Source: Eledone cirrhosa | Lineage: Eukaryota | Assembly (NCBI GenBank): GCA_964016885.1 | Contig: OZ024746.1 | Coordinates: forward strand, 18,166,001 to 18,230,000 | Reading direction: 5' to 3' | DNA length: 64,000 nt | Shown here: piece after piece, positions 63,655 to 64,000 of the stretch | Position numbering within the stretch: position 1 is the first letter of the stretch | How the letters are laid out: the number at the start of each line of letters is the position of its first letter | Translations under genes and position numbers: made by a program | Notes under the pieces: model-generated | The model's database searches: none | What the model was told of the DNA's origin: nothing | The model's input: only the letters and a program-made list of their open reading frames with translations

Positions 63655-64000
63655 GTAAGAAGAGTTTATTTACTTTGTTTTGATGCAATTTGAAATACAA
63701 GCTTTATTTCTAAATATATCCATATATTACCATCAACATATACTAAACATTTTGTCAGATCTTCTAGTATAGCACCTACTTAGAGGAGAAAATAGTTGAG
63801 GAAATTTGGACCAATTTTATTTGGATATTATTGGAACTAATCTAAAATTAATTGCGTACGTCATCCTTAATTTTCAGACGACTCTGTGACTCAATATTGT
63901 AGGAACTAATCTAAAATTATGTCATCTTTGGCAGTCTCTGTGACTTAATATTTGTCAACCCTATTTTCATCTCTTTCAAATATCTTTCTTCAGTCTGATT

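Overview
AT-rich, microsatellite- and retroposon-laden animal genomic DNA. The repeat landscape looks like an octopus/cephalopod assembly, which is my inference. Two intron-rich + strand genes were rebuilt by hand from GT-AG exons and are separated by a 200-N gap (32007-32206). (1) 2227-31698 is a NEDD4-family C2-4xWW-HECT E3 ligase of the WWP1/WWP2/ITCH/Su(dx) group. I found 15 exons. The start exon and the catalytic HECT C-lobe are missing, and there is one apparent 1-nt frameshift at about 31001. (2) 33598-63654 is open at both ends. Its 19 phase-compatible exons total 5195 nt (about 1730 codons, no stop) and encode an unusual, probably secreted mosaic protein. The layout is coiled coil, VWC-like, then two tandem copies of [EGF - Kunitz - 'GACC' Cys domain - VWC-like - tyrosinase-like type-3 copper fold - G-(Y/F)-(D/N)-x-x repeats - linker - Cys-rich module], then VWC. 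Both tyrosinase-like domains have lost canonical copper-ligand histidines, and the first Kunitz domain has lost one complete disulfide pair. This protein is the best candidate for an undescribed system. The introns hold a near-intact RTE LINE with partner tRNA-derived SINEs, a CR1-type fragment, 23-bp and 43-bp minisatellites, five tandem copies of one splice acceptor and several hairpins. A minimal hammerhead ribozyme motif lies upstream of gene 1.
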